From assembly GCF_964194155.1 (NCBI RefSeq), contig NC_135887.1, positions 8,184,001 through 8,248,000 on the forward strand: 64,000 bases of DNA, written 5' to 3'. The notes under the pieces are model-generated. The model was given only the letters and a program-made list of their open reading frames with translations. It ran no database searches and was not told the origin of the DNA. Source of the stretch: Cetorhinus maximus. Taxonomy: Eukaryota. Below are positions 24,113 to 35,869 of the stretch, piece by piece. The translations under genes were made by a program, and so were the position numbers. Within the stretch, counting starts at the first letter, position 1. Every line of letters starts with the position of its first letter.

Positions 24113-27100
24113 ACTAGCACTCTGGGGGACCCAGGATAATGCCCTAGGGACCCAGGTTCGAATCCCATGATGACAGGTGGTGGAATTTGAATTCAATAAA
24201 AATCTGCAAGTCTAATGAAGACCATGATCCATCTGGTTTACTAATGCTCTTCAGGGAAGGAAATCTACTGTCTTTACCTTGGTCTGGCTCTAGACCGACA
24301 GCAATGTGGCTGTCCTTTCAGTTGTATCAAACCACTGAAAAAAGTCAATAAAAAGGAGTGAAACTGGATGGATCACTCGGCATCAACCAGGCACTGGAAA
24401 TGACAACAGCAAACTTGGCCCTGTCAACTCTGCAAAGTCCTCCTTACTAACATCTGGGGATTGTGCCAAAATTGGGAGAGCTCTCTCACAGACTAGTCAA
24501 GCAACAGCCTGATGTAATCATACTCACGGAATCATACCTTACAGACAATGTCCCAGACACCACCAACACCATCTCTCGGTATGTCCTGTCCCACCAGCAG
24601 AGGTGGCAGCACAGTGGTATACAGTCGGGGGAGGAGTTGCCCTGGGAGTCCCCAACATTGACACTGGACCACATGAAATCTCATGGCATCAGGTCAAACA
24701 TGGGCAGGGAAGCTTCCTTTTTTTTTTATTCATTCAAGGGATGTGCACTTTGCTGGCTGGGCCAGCATTTATTGCCCATCCCTAGTTGGCCTTGAGAAGC
24801 TGTTGGTGAGCTGACTTCTTGAACTGCTGCAGTCCATGTGGTGTAGGTACATCCACAGTGCTGTTAGGAAGGGAGTTCCAGAATTTTGACCCAGTGAAGG
24901 AACAGCGATTAGTCCTGCTGATTACCATGTACCGTACCCACCCCATCCCCCCAAACTGATGAATCAGTGCTCCTCCATGTTGAACGCCACTTGGAGGAAG
25001 CACTGAGGATGGCAAGGATGCAGAATGTTCTCTGGGTGGGGGACTTCAATGTCCATCGCCATGAGTGGCTCAGTAGCACCACTACAGTCTGAGCTGATCG
25101 AGTCCTAAATGACATAGCTGCTAGACTGGGTCTGTGGCAGGTAGTGAGGGAACCGACAAGAGGGAAAAATGTACCTAGCCTTATCATCACCAACCTGCCT
25201 GCCGCAGATGTATCTGTCCATGACTGGATTGGTAGGAGTTACCAACGCACAGTCCTTGTGGAGACCAGGCCCCATCTTCACATTGAGGATACCCCCCATG
25301 TTGTGTGGCACTACCACCATGCTGACTGGGAATGATTTTGAACAGATCTAGCACCTCAAGACTGGGCAACCTTGAGGCTCTGTGGGCTATCAGCAGCAGG
25401 AGAATTGTACTCGAACACAATCTGTAACCTCATGGCCCGGCATATCCTCCGCTCTACCATTACCATCAAGCCAGGGGATCAACACCAGTTCAATGAGGGC
25501 ATGCCAGGAGCAGCACCAGGCATACCTAAAATTGAGGTATCAACCTGGTGAAGCTACAACACAGGACTACTTGCATGCCAAACAGCATAAGCAGCAAGTG
25601 ATAGCTGGAGCTAAGCGATTCCACAACCAACAGATCAGATTTGAGTCCCGCAGTCCTGCCACATCCAGTTGTGAATGGTGGTGGACAATTAAACAACTCA
25701 CTGGAGGAGGAGGCTCAACAAATATCCCCATCCTCAATATTGGGGGAGCCCAGCACATCAGTGCAAAAGATAAGGCTGAAGCATTCGCTACAATCTTCAG
25801 CCAGAAGTGCCGAGTGGATGATCTGTTTTGGCCTACGCCAGAGGTTCCCAGCACCACAGATGCCAGTCTTCAGCCTATTCGATTCACTCCACGTGATATC
25901 AAGAAACGGCTGAAGGCACTGGATACTGCAAAGGCTATGGGCCCTGACAATATTCCAGCAATTGTACTGAAGACTTGTGCTCCAGAACTTGCCACACCCC
26001 TAACCAAGCTGTTCCAGTACAGCTACAACACTGGAACCTACCCAGCTATGTGGAAAATTGTCCAGGTATGTCCTGTACACAAAAAGCAGGACAAATCCAA
26101 CCCGGCCAATTACTGCCTCAGCAGTCTACTCTCGATATCAACAGAGTGATGGAGGGAATCATCAACAGTGCTATCAAGCAGCACTTGCTTAGCAATGACC
26201 TGCTCATTGACGCTCAGTTTGGGTTCCGCCAGAGCCATTCAGCTTCTGACCCCATTACAGCCTTGGTTCAGACAAGGACAAAAGAGCTGAACTCCAGAGC
26301 TGAGGTGAGGGGAACTGCCCTTGACATCAAGGCAGCATTTGACCGAGTGTGGAATCAAGGTGCCCTAGCAAAACTGGAGTCAATGGGAATTGGGGGAAAA
26401 CTCCCCACTGGTGAAGTCATACCTAGCACAAAGGAAGATGGCTGTGGTTGTTGGAGGTCAATCATCTAGGTTCCAGGACATCACTGCAGGAGTTCCTCAG
26501 GGTAGTGTCCTAGGCCCAACCATCTTCAGCTGCTTCATCAATGACCTTCCTTCCACCATAAGATCAGAAGTGGGGATGTTCACTGATGATTGCACAATGT
26601 TCAGCACCATTCGTGATTCCTCAGATACTAAAGCAGTCCATGTCCAAATGCAACAAGACCTGGACAATATCAGGCTTGGGCTGACAAGTGGCAAGTAGCA
26701 TTCGTTTCACACAAGTGCCAGGCAATGACCATCTCCAACAAGGGAGAATCTAGCCATCGCCCCTTGACATTCACTGGCATTACCATCATTGTATCCCAAC
26801 TATCAACATCATGGGGGACACCATTCACCAGAAACTGAACTGAACTAGCCATAAAAATACTGTGGTCACAAGGTCAGGGGCTAGGAATCCAATGGCAAGG
26901 AACTCACCTCTTGACTCCCCAAAGCCTGTCCACCATCTACAAGGCACAAGTCAGGAGTGTTATGGAATCCTCTTCACTTGCCTGGCTGAGTGCAGCTCCA
27001 ATAACACTCAAGAAGCTCGACATCATCCAGGATAAAGCATCCTGCTGATTGCCACCCCATCCACAAACATTCACTCTCTCCACCACTGATGAATAGTTGA

Positions 27101-27460
27101 AGCAGTGTGTACCATTTACAAGATGCACTGCAGGAACTGACCAAGCCTCCTTAGGCAACACCTTCCAAACGCATGACCACTGCCATCTTGAAAGACAAAG
27201 GCAGCAGACACATAGGAACACCACCACCTGGAAGTTCCTCTCCAAGCCACGCACCATCCTGACTTGGAAATATATCACCGTCCCTTCACTGTCGCTGGGT
27301 CAAAATCCTGGAACTCCTCGCCTAACCACACTGTGGGTGTACCTGCAGCACATGGACTGCAGCGGTTCAAGAAGACAGCTCATCATCATCTTCTCACAGG
27401 CAATTTTGGATGGGCAATAAATGCTGGCCTAACCAGCAATGCGCACATCCTATGAATTAA
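24113..27460 (+). mobile_element. Near full-length CR1/L2-group LINE (APE endonuclease + RT), decayed, preceded by a tRNA-like head
   Basis: APE motifs QPDVIILTESYL and WVGDFNVH; RT motifs KAMGPDNIP, QFGFRQ, LDIKAAFDRVW, GVPQGSVLGP, FTDDCT; tail GGGCAATAAATGCTGGCC...CACATCC; B box GGTTCGAATCCC at 24155-24166. Confidence 0.9.
24719..24910 (-). mobile_element. Antisense 3' tail of the same LINE family nested in the LINE
   Basis: Poly-T then ATTCATTC...GGCCAGCATTTATTGCCC; TCCT duplicated on both sides. Confidence 0.8.
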
Positions 27461-27834
27461 TAACTTTAAGGGCTTAAGGCAAACTGCAAGTTCTTTTCAC
27501 CTGTTATCTCCCACTCTTCTCCCCCTGCCCCAATACCTGTCAGCTTGGTTGCCTCTCTCAGTGTGATTTCCATGATGTGTCGATTATGCGCAGTCTTGTG
27601 CTATGGATATATTTGGATGCAGCCTTGAAACAATTCCAATTAATTTCACTTGGGACACTTGCTGCTGGGAGAGGAGACCCTGATCCCATTAGTCTAGACT
27701 GAATTCAGACTCAGGTTCCAGGTTTGAAAGGGGAATTGATTAATCAACTATGCCCCAAGGCTCCCTCTGGCATTTATTGTATCCTGATTTAAATTGAGCC
27801 CTTGCTTAGTAGGATACTTAAGCAAGCTTTCTTT

Positions 27835-27935
27835 TGTAATAAAATCCAAAATTACTGGAAATACTAAGCAGATCTGGCAGCATCTATGGAGAAAGAAATG
27901 ACTAATATCCAGGTCGATGATGTGTCTTTTTGAAG
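27835..27935 (-). mobile_element. Degenerate Penelope terminal repeat
   Basis: CTGGAAATACTAAGCAGATCTGGCAGCATCTATGGAGAAAGAAA is similar to 5720-5770. Confidence 0.6.
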
Positions 27936-28374
27936 TTTTGTTGTGAGTTTGACCTAATGAGTTTTCCTTTTCTCCCTCTTGCCGGAGTTCTCTTGAGGAC
28001 AAGTTGATCTTGTCCGTCTCATTTTCCTCTGCCTAATCTTTTTGTCTTGTGTTAGGGATACATTTGGATGCAGAAATTAAGCTGTTCAAACCCATTTCAC
28101 TTGGGACCCTTAGCTGATCTTGCTAAAGTTTGAAATCTCCTAATTACCTGATGAGAGACCTGTTACGAATTACAGCTTTTAGGCTTCCCACATCTAGAGA
28201 CGCGTGAGACAGGCAAACCACATGATTGTGTCTGTTTTCTGTAGCTTGTTTTGCCTGGGAATAGGTTGCTAGGAAGCCCAGAGGCTGTAGCTTGAAGGAT
28301 CAAACATAGCCGACCAGGCGCCTCTCCCACTCTTACCACCTGCCATAGGCATGTTGGAAGGGTTTGCAGGTTGA

Positions 28375-29134
28375 AACAACATCCTGAATAAGCTCACTAA
28401 CACAAAATGGGGAGCAAGCTCGAAAACATTGCGAACCAGTGCACTTGCTCTTTGCTATTCCACTGCCCAATACGCCTGCCCTGCATGGGAAAGATCTACT
28501 CATGCTAAGAAGATGGATGCCGTTCGGAATGCAAGCTGCCAACTTATCACAGGTTGTTTAAAACCAACAAACACCAACAGCCTATATATCCTGGCGGGTA
28601 TTGCTCCCCCTGATATAAGAAGAACGGTAGCCAGCAAGAAAGAGTGACTCCGTCAAACATCAGATGAGAGGCACCCTCTACATGGTCATACACCTACACC
28701 CAGCCGCCTAAAGTCAAGGAAGAGCTTCATGAACAGTGTTGTTCCATTACAATCAACCCCATCTGAAGCCCACATCGCCTTGTGGAAAGACCTGCTCGCC
28801 AGTCTCGAACAACCCCCAGCGATGGAAATTCTACCGGATGAAAGCCTTCCCCCAGGAGCTAATTGCAACTGGGTAATCTGGAAGTGCCTTAACAGACTTA
28901 GGACTGGTGTAGGTCGTTCAAAGGTGTCACTAAGCAAATGGGGATATACAACCAGCCCGACAGCTTGTGAATGTGGAACTGAGCCACAGACTATGCAACA
29001 TCTCCTGCAATGCCTAGCGCTAGAGGAACCCTGCACTGTTGCAGATCTTGCCGAATTCAACAACAAGGCGCAAAAATGTGTCCAGTTCTGGCTGGGCCAT
29101 GTATAGACTGTCCGTGGACACGATAAGAAGAAGA
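28375..29134 (+). mobile_element. 5'-truncated Vingi/Ingi-type LINE inserted in a family B SINE
   Basis: NNILNKLTNTKWGAS..LRTSALALCYSTAQYACPAWERSTH...LAGIAPPDIRR...WKCLNRLRTGVGR...CECG...TMQHLLQC; tail GGACACGATAAGAAGAAGA; SINE halves on both sides. Confidence 0.85.
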
Positions 29135-30219
29135 TCAGCCTGTTTGACTGCGTTTTGCACGTACCTTTCTTGGCCATCAAGTCCTAGAGTGGGACCTGAA
29201 CCCGAACTTCTGGCTCAGAGTTAGGGACGCTACCCACTGTGCCATAAGACACTGCCCTGAGGCATTTTGCCAGAATGATAATTATCTGTGTCAATCTCAC
29301 AGCCATTCTTCAAAAGATATCCTGACATTTACTCATGAAACAGGCTTTGTAACCTTAAAGTAAACTCATCACAAAATTAATTCTATTGGAAAAAAAATTC
29401 TTTTTTGAAGTTACCGTGCTTTTTACTTAAAGCCTCTGGGTAATTTAAATATCAAAGTAAATTATTCCGTGCTTGGATATTTCTTCCGTAATTGAATCTT
29501 TCTTTATGCCCCCCTGGTGAATATTATTGACATCTTGTTGTGTTCCTTTTAATGAACATCTCACTCAGAATGTTACATAAAAGTCTGTTGCCCTGACCGA
29601 TTTCTAAATCTACGAGTGTGGATGGTGGTGCTTTAATGAGGATGAATTAGTTGGCAGATCATTGTAATGTGCTCTTGGTACTTTTTGCACAGCCAGTTCC
29701 CAGCTGCGGCCCTCAAACTGGCTGTCTGCAGGGAGTACGTGTGCACTCTTACACTGGCTGAACGGAGGGATTGAACTTGGAGCAGATGGGAAGTACTGGT
29801 TCTGATTAGCATATGACGCGTTACATAAGTGATAACTGAATAAGTGCCATTGTTCATGAGGCAGGCTTATATGATCACATTTTTTTAGATACTTTTTGAT
29901 TAGAAGTGTGGCTCTTAATTTCACCACCTTGCTATTTCCAGTGATGGTGCTGAAACTGAAACAGGGCAAAGTATGGATGCTGCTTGCCTGACTGGTCTGT
30001 CTGAGCGGCCCTGTTCCCGCTCCTTACTTAAAGAAGCACAATAGTCATGCCTAATGCCACCTGGATCTCGTAGTAGGGAGGGGAGTGAGTTGAGATTTTC
30101 CTTTGGTTTACATATACACCCACGCTACGCTCACTAGCAAACGCATGCTTTTTTTAAAAAAAAAGAATGTTTCCCAACATATTTTTTTTATAAGAAACTA
30201 AGTTTGTTGGAGCAGAACA

Positions 30220-30905
30220 CCTTCAGTCTGTCCGCAAGCATTACCCAGACCTCCCTGTCGTTTGCCATTTCAACACTCCACCCTGCTCTCATGCCCACAT
30301 GTCTGTCCTTGGCTTGCTGCATTGTTCCAGTGAAGCTCAACGCAAACTGGAGGAACAGCACCTCATCTTCTGACTAGGCACTTTACAGCCTTCCAGACTG
30401 AATACTGAGTTCAACAATTTTAGATCATGAACTCTCTTCTCTATCCCCACCCCCTTTCCGATCCCCCCCCCCTTTTTTTTTCCAATAATTTATATAGATT
30501 TTTCTTTTCCCACCTATTTCCATTATTTTTAAATGTATTTCCATCCATTGTTTTATCTTTACCTTTTAGCCTTTTTCGATTCCTTCACCCCACCCCACCC
30601 CCACTAGGGCTATCTGTACCTTGCTTGTCCTGCTTTCTACCCTTAATTAGCACATTCCTTAGATAATATCACCACCTTCAACACCTCTTTGTCCTTTTGT
30701 CTGTGACATCTTTTGGTTATCTCCACCTATCACTGGCCCTCTATCCAGCTCTACTTGTCCCGCCCCCCCTTAAACTAGCTTATATTTCACCTCTCTTATT
30801 ACTGAGTTCTGTTGAAGAGTCATATGGACTCGAAACGTTAACTGTGCTCCTCTCCGCAGATGCTGCCAGACCTGCTGAGTTTTTCCAGGTATTTTTATTT
30901 TTGTT
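30220..30905 (+). mobile_element. Penelope-like element 3' end (GIY-YIG tail + terminal repeat)
   Basis: EAQRKLEEQHLIF.LGTLQPSRLNTEFNNF; terminal GCAGATGCTGCCAGACCTGCTGAGTTTTTCCAGG. Confidence 0.9.
30805..30843 (+). ncRNA. Minimal type I hammerhead ribozyme motif (variant core)
   Basis: AGTT-CTGTTGA-A-GAGTC-ATATG-GACTC-GAAAC-GTT-AACT; perfect stems I and II; palindromic AACGTT. Confidence 0.65.
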
Positions 30906-31576
30906 ATAAGTTTGTTGGAGGTTCAGAAGAAAGAGTCCCAGTACATGGGGGAAAAGGGGAGCTGGAAGAGGTCAGGTGGTTGCCATGGTTTTTTGAGATG
31001 ATTCTGTCTGTTGGTAATACCGCCTGCCTTTATAACTGGACAGCTTTTAGCCAGTTTGTGAGAGAAAAGCTTGAAAATGCTCTACTGAAAATCAAGTATT
31101 GGGCTATAAGAGACTTGCTGCATCATGTTGGGACTGACTGTTTTTGGTTAATTATTATGGTTTCTGTAGTTACAGTGCAGGGTAAGTTATCACCTTATGA
31201 TTCATGGTCTGTAGGTAATATATACTCATGAGAAATAAATTAGAATGCAATGAGGGCAAAGGGATTTTCAAGTCTTCTAAATCCCATAAAGCTATGGAAA
31301 AGATTCCAGATAATTAACCTGTTTCAAGTGCTACTGTTGTCCCTTTGATGCATTTTCAGGCAAGTGGTCCATTGTAGGAAGTGCATCCAAAGACCACAGC
31401 ATCAATCAGCAGGACAAGTTAAACTCGAACTTTTAAAAAAAAACAAATGGGCGGGGCCGGAAATTCCCACCGAAAGTCAATGGAATTTTGGCCACCTCTC
31501 CAAATTTTCCATCCCGCCCGTGAGATTTCCCGCCACGCGCAGGACCGGCAAATCCCAGCCTATGCGTGGGAACGGG

Positions 31577-32697
31577 TGCGATGACAGACCACCATGACAT
31601 GATGCTGCCATCTCTGTTTTGTTGTGATCGCGAGGAAGACCATGGGTTTTTAAAAAGGAATTCAAAGTCCCAGTTATCAACTGAAAGAAACTAAGCCACA
31701 AGGCTTCATGTTTTAAACAAAAACTTGTACTGTATAAGGATTAAACAAAACAAGCATTACTAATTTAACACTATATTTTATTCTTTAAAACCAAGTACCT
31801 TAGTAGACCACGTTCTGTTTTGTTTTGTTTTAAATTCAATTGACAAGTTCTCTATGTTGTCCAGGATCCTAAGTGTTCTTTCACTTCTCCTGGGACCAAG
31901 GTGTGTCGCTGCTTTTAGGAATTCAATTTGATTCTCCTCCGTATTCCTGCTATTCTCCGAGGTATGAGATTCCCCAGGACCCTTCCGTTAGTATTAGGTC
32001 AGACGACTCTGGCTCCAACTCTGTTTAAGCACCTAATACCTAACGATGTGGACACCCCAACTCAAGCCTGGGTTTCCCTGCCTTCCTGCAGAGAAGTCCA
32101 CTGCTCCTGGTAGATTTCTCTCTCTGCTTGTCTCAAAGCTGTTTCCAGGCCTCAACTAACTATTTCTGAGAGAAATAAAAACACGCAGATAAACCCAAAA
32201 CAAAGGACTATCTCCCTGTATAACCTAACTCCATAGCCACGTGGCAGACTTCGGGATGTTCCAAACAAAAATATAAACTAATTAAAAAACCCATTGATTC
32301 TGTGACCCACATGAATAATTTATACCTCTTAGGAGAAATAATGTCCTATTTCCAGATTTGTTGGCTCCACCAGGAACCTGCCCCCGCTCCCCCCGTCCAC
32401 CCCAAAGGTACAAAGGTGCTTTTAGCTTCTTTGATCTGGGAACTACATGAATAAATTCCTTAATGAAATAACTGTAGGCCTCCTGTCCTTATCAAGAGCT
32501 CAGTGTTGGGCCACCCATTGTTTAAGCCTTCTCACTCGGACCTTATTAAACACAGGTTACCCTTTGAACTGTAATTACCCCAGGTCTGTTTACCCATTTC
32601 TCAACCAAGAGTTTCCATTTATTTACATTTAAATTCAATTCCGAAACTAGAAGTTATTTCCTAAATCAATGTTTTTTTATATAGGCGTGCATTCACA
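31577..32697. mobile_element. Possible solo LTR
   Basis: TG...CA termini (TGCGATGAC...ATTCACA); composition resembles the other LTR-like stretches; no TSD found. Confidence 0.3.
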
Positions 32698-33009
32698 CGT
32701 AAGTTTTTCCCTTTGAGGAACAGTGGGGAGGTGATGCGAGGACTCCCGGGCTGATCTTCAGCCTATTGAACTGCTTCATGAACGCTCCTTCCAATGGCCA
32801 GCAAGTCCTGGTGTGGGGCTTGAACCTGGGAGCTTCTGGTGTAAGTTAAGATGAGGGGATTTTGGACGAGTTTGCTTACTTAGGGTGGAAGATGGGAGGC
32901 TGGCTATGAGAGCATAGAGTTAACAAAGGTATGGATGAGGGTTTCAGCAGCAGATGAGCTAAGGCAGGGCCAGAGTTAGGCATGGCATAGAAATTAGAGT
33001 CAGATCGTT

Positions 33010-33247
33010 CAGGAGTGTAAGAAAGAAACACTTAAAGATGCAAAGGGTAGTAGAAATTTGGAACTCTCTTCTGCGAATGGCAATTGATGCTCGATCAGTT
33101 GTTAATTTTAAAACTGAGGTGGATAAAGTTTAGTTAAGCAAAGTTATTAAGGGATCGGGGGCAAAGATGAGCAAATGGATCAGCCATGATTCATGAACAG
33201 CAGAATTGGGTTGAGAGGCTATATGGCCTACTCCTGTTTCTATGTTA
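33010..33247 (+). mobile_element. CR1/HER1-type LINE 3' end
   Basis: GATCAGCCATGAT...ATGGCCTACTCCTGTTTCTATG. Confidence 0.75.
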
Positions 33248-33649
33248 GGTCCTGGTGAGGGAGTGGATGTGCGGTTGGAAATTCATTTTGGAATTAAATA
33301 GAACAAAAAAGTTGCGAACAATCCTTTAAACTATGTCATAAGCACTGCGCAGATAATACAATGAGAATAATTTACATAACTTTGTCTCTTTCTTCCCAAA
33401 CATGTGCCTTTTCAGGGAGAAAAGAGCAACCTACATGAACTCGCGGTGCTTCCATCATAACATTCCTATCTTTACTTGAAGCTTTTTTGTATTTATGTAT
33501 TTTAGCTTCATGTGGTAAAATTTCTGCTTAGCTAAGACAAACACTTGCTTTTCCAATAGGTTTTCACTCAACAGATAAGGACAATGGCCTGGATTTTGCA
33601 GACAACAGTCTCTGGCGAGTTAAGCTCAGAAATTGCTGTCCAAGTTCTC

Positions 33650-33925
33650 TTTATTTTATTCGTCCTTGGGATGTGGCCAACAGTCATTGCCCATCTCTAT
33701 TTCAGAGGGCAGTTTTAAGAGTCAACCACATTGGGTCTGGAGTGAGGACAGCAGATTTCCTTCCCTGAAGGATATTAGCCAACAACAATCGACTATGGTT
33801 CCAGATTTTTATTGAATTCAAATTCCACCATCTGGCGTGGGCGGGATTCGAACCCGGTTCCCGAGAGCATTAGCCTGGGTCTCTGGGTTACTAGTCCAGT
33901 GACAACACCGCTATGCCATCGCCCC
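33650..33925 (-). mobile_element. tRNA-derived SINE (family A) with LINE-shared tail
   Basis: Minus strand TGGCATAGCGG (A box), GGTTCGAATCCC (B box), GAAGGAAATCTGC, and tail GATGGGCAAT...CACATCCC. Confidence 0.85.
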
Positions 33926-35219
33926 TTTTAGACACTTCACTGTAACAGTATCTCACGGACAGACTTGACACGTAAATACATGGAATGCCATAACGTTGAG
34001 GTATTTATGCAATAGAAAACATGCCCAAAAAGTTTAGGGATTGTCCATTTTAGAGTGAGTGAATTTTTAATAAAGTTGCGATCCTTAATCCCTGCCAAAT
34101 ATCAGCTCTGGCACTGAAAATTAACTTTTAAACATACTCTGTCTGGTTCCTTCAGACTTCGATTATCAGAGATATTTTAAAACTTTAATTTTTAACTTTC
34201 CTTCTGGCTCTTCTCTCTCTCTTAATTCCATCTTTCTTGCCCTCTTTATTCCGCTTTCTATACATAACTTTACATTGAATTCAATATTCTAACTTCCTGT
34301 TCAGACTCTGTGTGCTTCAGGAAGATTTCAGACAGGGATGTGAAATAAGTGCAGCATCCATTACATGAAGTGAGCTCCTGGGCAGAGCAGTAGAGACTAT
34401 AATAGGATTTGAGCATCTTTCTAGATGGATGAATAAAGATGGGCCAAATGGCCTTCCTTATCCATAATTATTTAATGACCTTGTAATGGCTATTCATCAA
34501 ATCTATGTTATTGAAAAAAACAATTGAAAGCATTCAGCCTGTAACATGGCTCTGCCCTGCCCTCTGCTGTGTGTGGCAGTCTTTTGCCACTGATTTGCCT
34601 CTTTTTTCCATGCTTTTATTTTATGTGAAATCATAGAGTCACTCAGAGCTCCTGAAAATTAGATGGTTTCTGCTCCGATCCTGCCACCCTGCACACTCTC
34701 AACATAATGAACAAAATGTAATCTACAGTAGCTCTGACTAAATGCAGAGTATAAAGGGGGAACAAATTATACAATTGAAAAGAAATTAGCATACAAGATA
34801 AACTAATCATGACTATGGGTATCTTGTAGCAGTAAGCAATCATTTATAACCCTTTTGTAAAACTGTGAAAGATGAGCATTTCATATTGGTACAGACTGAT
34901 TTTTAAGAAGTTAACCAGAGGTTTGTTTATCATAACCTGCTCATTGTGGATAAATATGATGAAAGCTGGAGCTACACCAAGGTCTGCTCCATTGGTATTT
35001 AGAGATGAACCAACAGTGAGTTTGATCCCAAACCTCATATATTCCATGACTGAACTACAGCTCCTATTTAGATTAGCTTCTCTTTAATCCACTTCATTTT
35101 ATCTCCTTGTTATTTTGGTATATTTTGTCTCTTCAACATTCCTTGGTCGAGGAGATTGCCAGATGATCTCCCCTACTGCAGCCCACACCCCCTCCCAACG
35201 CCAATCCAGCCCAGCCTCT

Positions 35220-35615
35220 TTTTTAATTTATTCTTTCAAGGGATGTGGGCATCACTGGCTAAGCCAACATTTGTTGTCCATCCCTAATTGCCCTTGAGAA
35301 GGTGATGGTGAGCTGCCTTCTTGACCGCTGCAGTCCATCCAGTGCAGGTACACTCACAGCGCTGTTAGGAAGGGAGTTCCAGGATTTTGACCCAGCAACA
35401 GTGAAGGAATGGTGATATAATTGGGGTGGTGTGTGACTTGGAGGGGAACTTCCAGGTGCTGGTATTCCCATGCATCTGCCTTTATTCTTTTAGTTGATAG
35501 AGGTTGCGGGTTTGGAAGGTGTTGCTGAAGGAGCCTTGGTGAGTTACTGCAGGTGCATCTTGTAGATGGTACATAAGGCTACCACTTTACATCTGTGGTG
35601 GAGGCAGTAGGTGTT
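35220..35615 (-). mobile_element. 3' fragment of the 24-27 kb LINE family
   Basis: Reverse complement of ~27080-27460. Confidence 0.85.
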
Positions 35616-35869
35616 TGAAATAAATGTTGTCAAATCGTTTGTAAGTAAAGGCTAAATGGTGCAGGAGAGGGCCCAGTATCACTTGTCACATTGAATTTTT
35701 GGCTCAGATTAGGTCCCAGTTTGTTTTGTGGCCTTGACTAGTTGAGGAAAACTAAGCAAACCTTTGCCATTGAAAGACAATTATCTTAACCTATTGACCA
35801 GGTAGTGTGCAATACTGGATTACACTGATTTACCTGGTAGTTTTCCCTCCCTTAGGAACGTCAATACAG

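Noticed and set aside
23614-24168. ORFs spanning the N run
   Set aside because: They are artefacts of translating the assembly gap.
25382-26149. 255-aa ORF as a functional gene
   Set aside because: It is a fragment of a frameshifted LINE ORF.
28145-28175. CTGATGA...CGAA as another hammerhead
   Set aside because: There are no convincing stem I or II pairings and no Penelope context.
33835-33925. tRNA gene
   Set aside because: A and B boxes are present, but there is no convincing cloverleaf and it continues into a SINE body.
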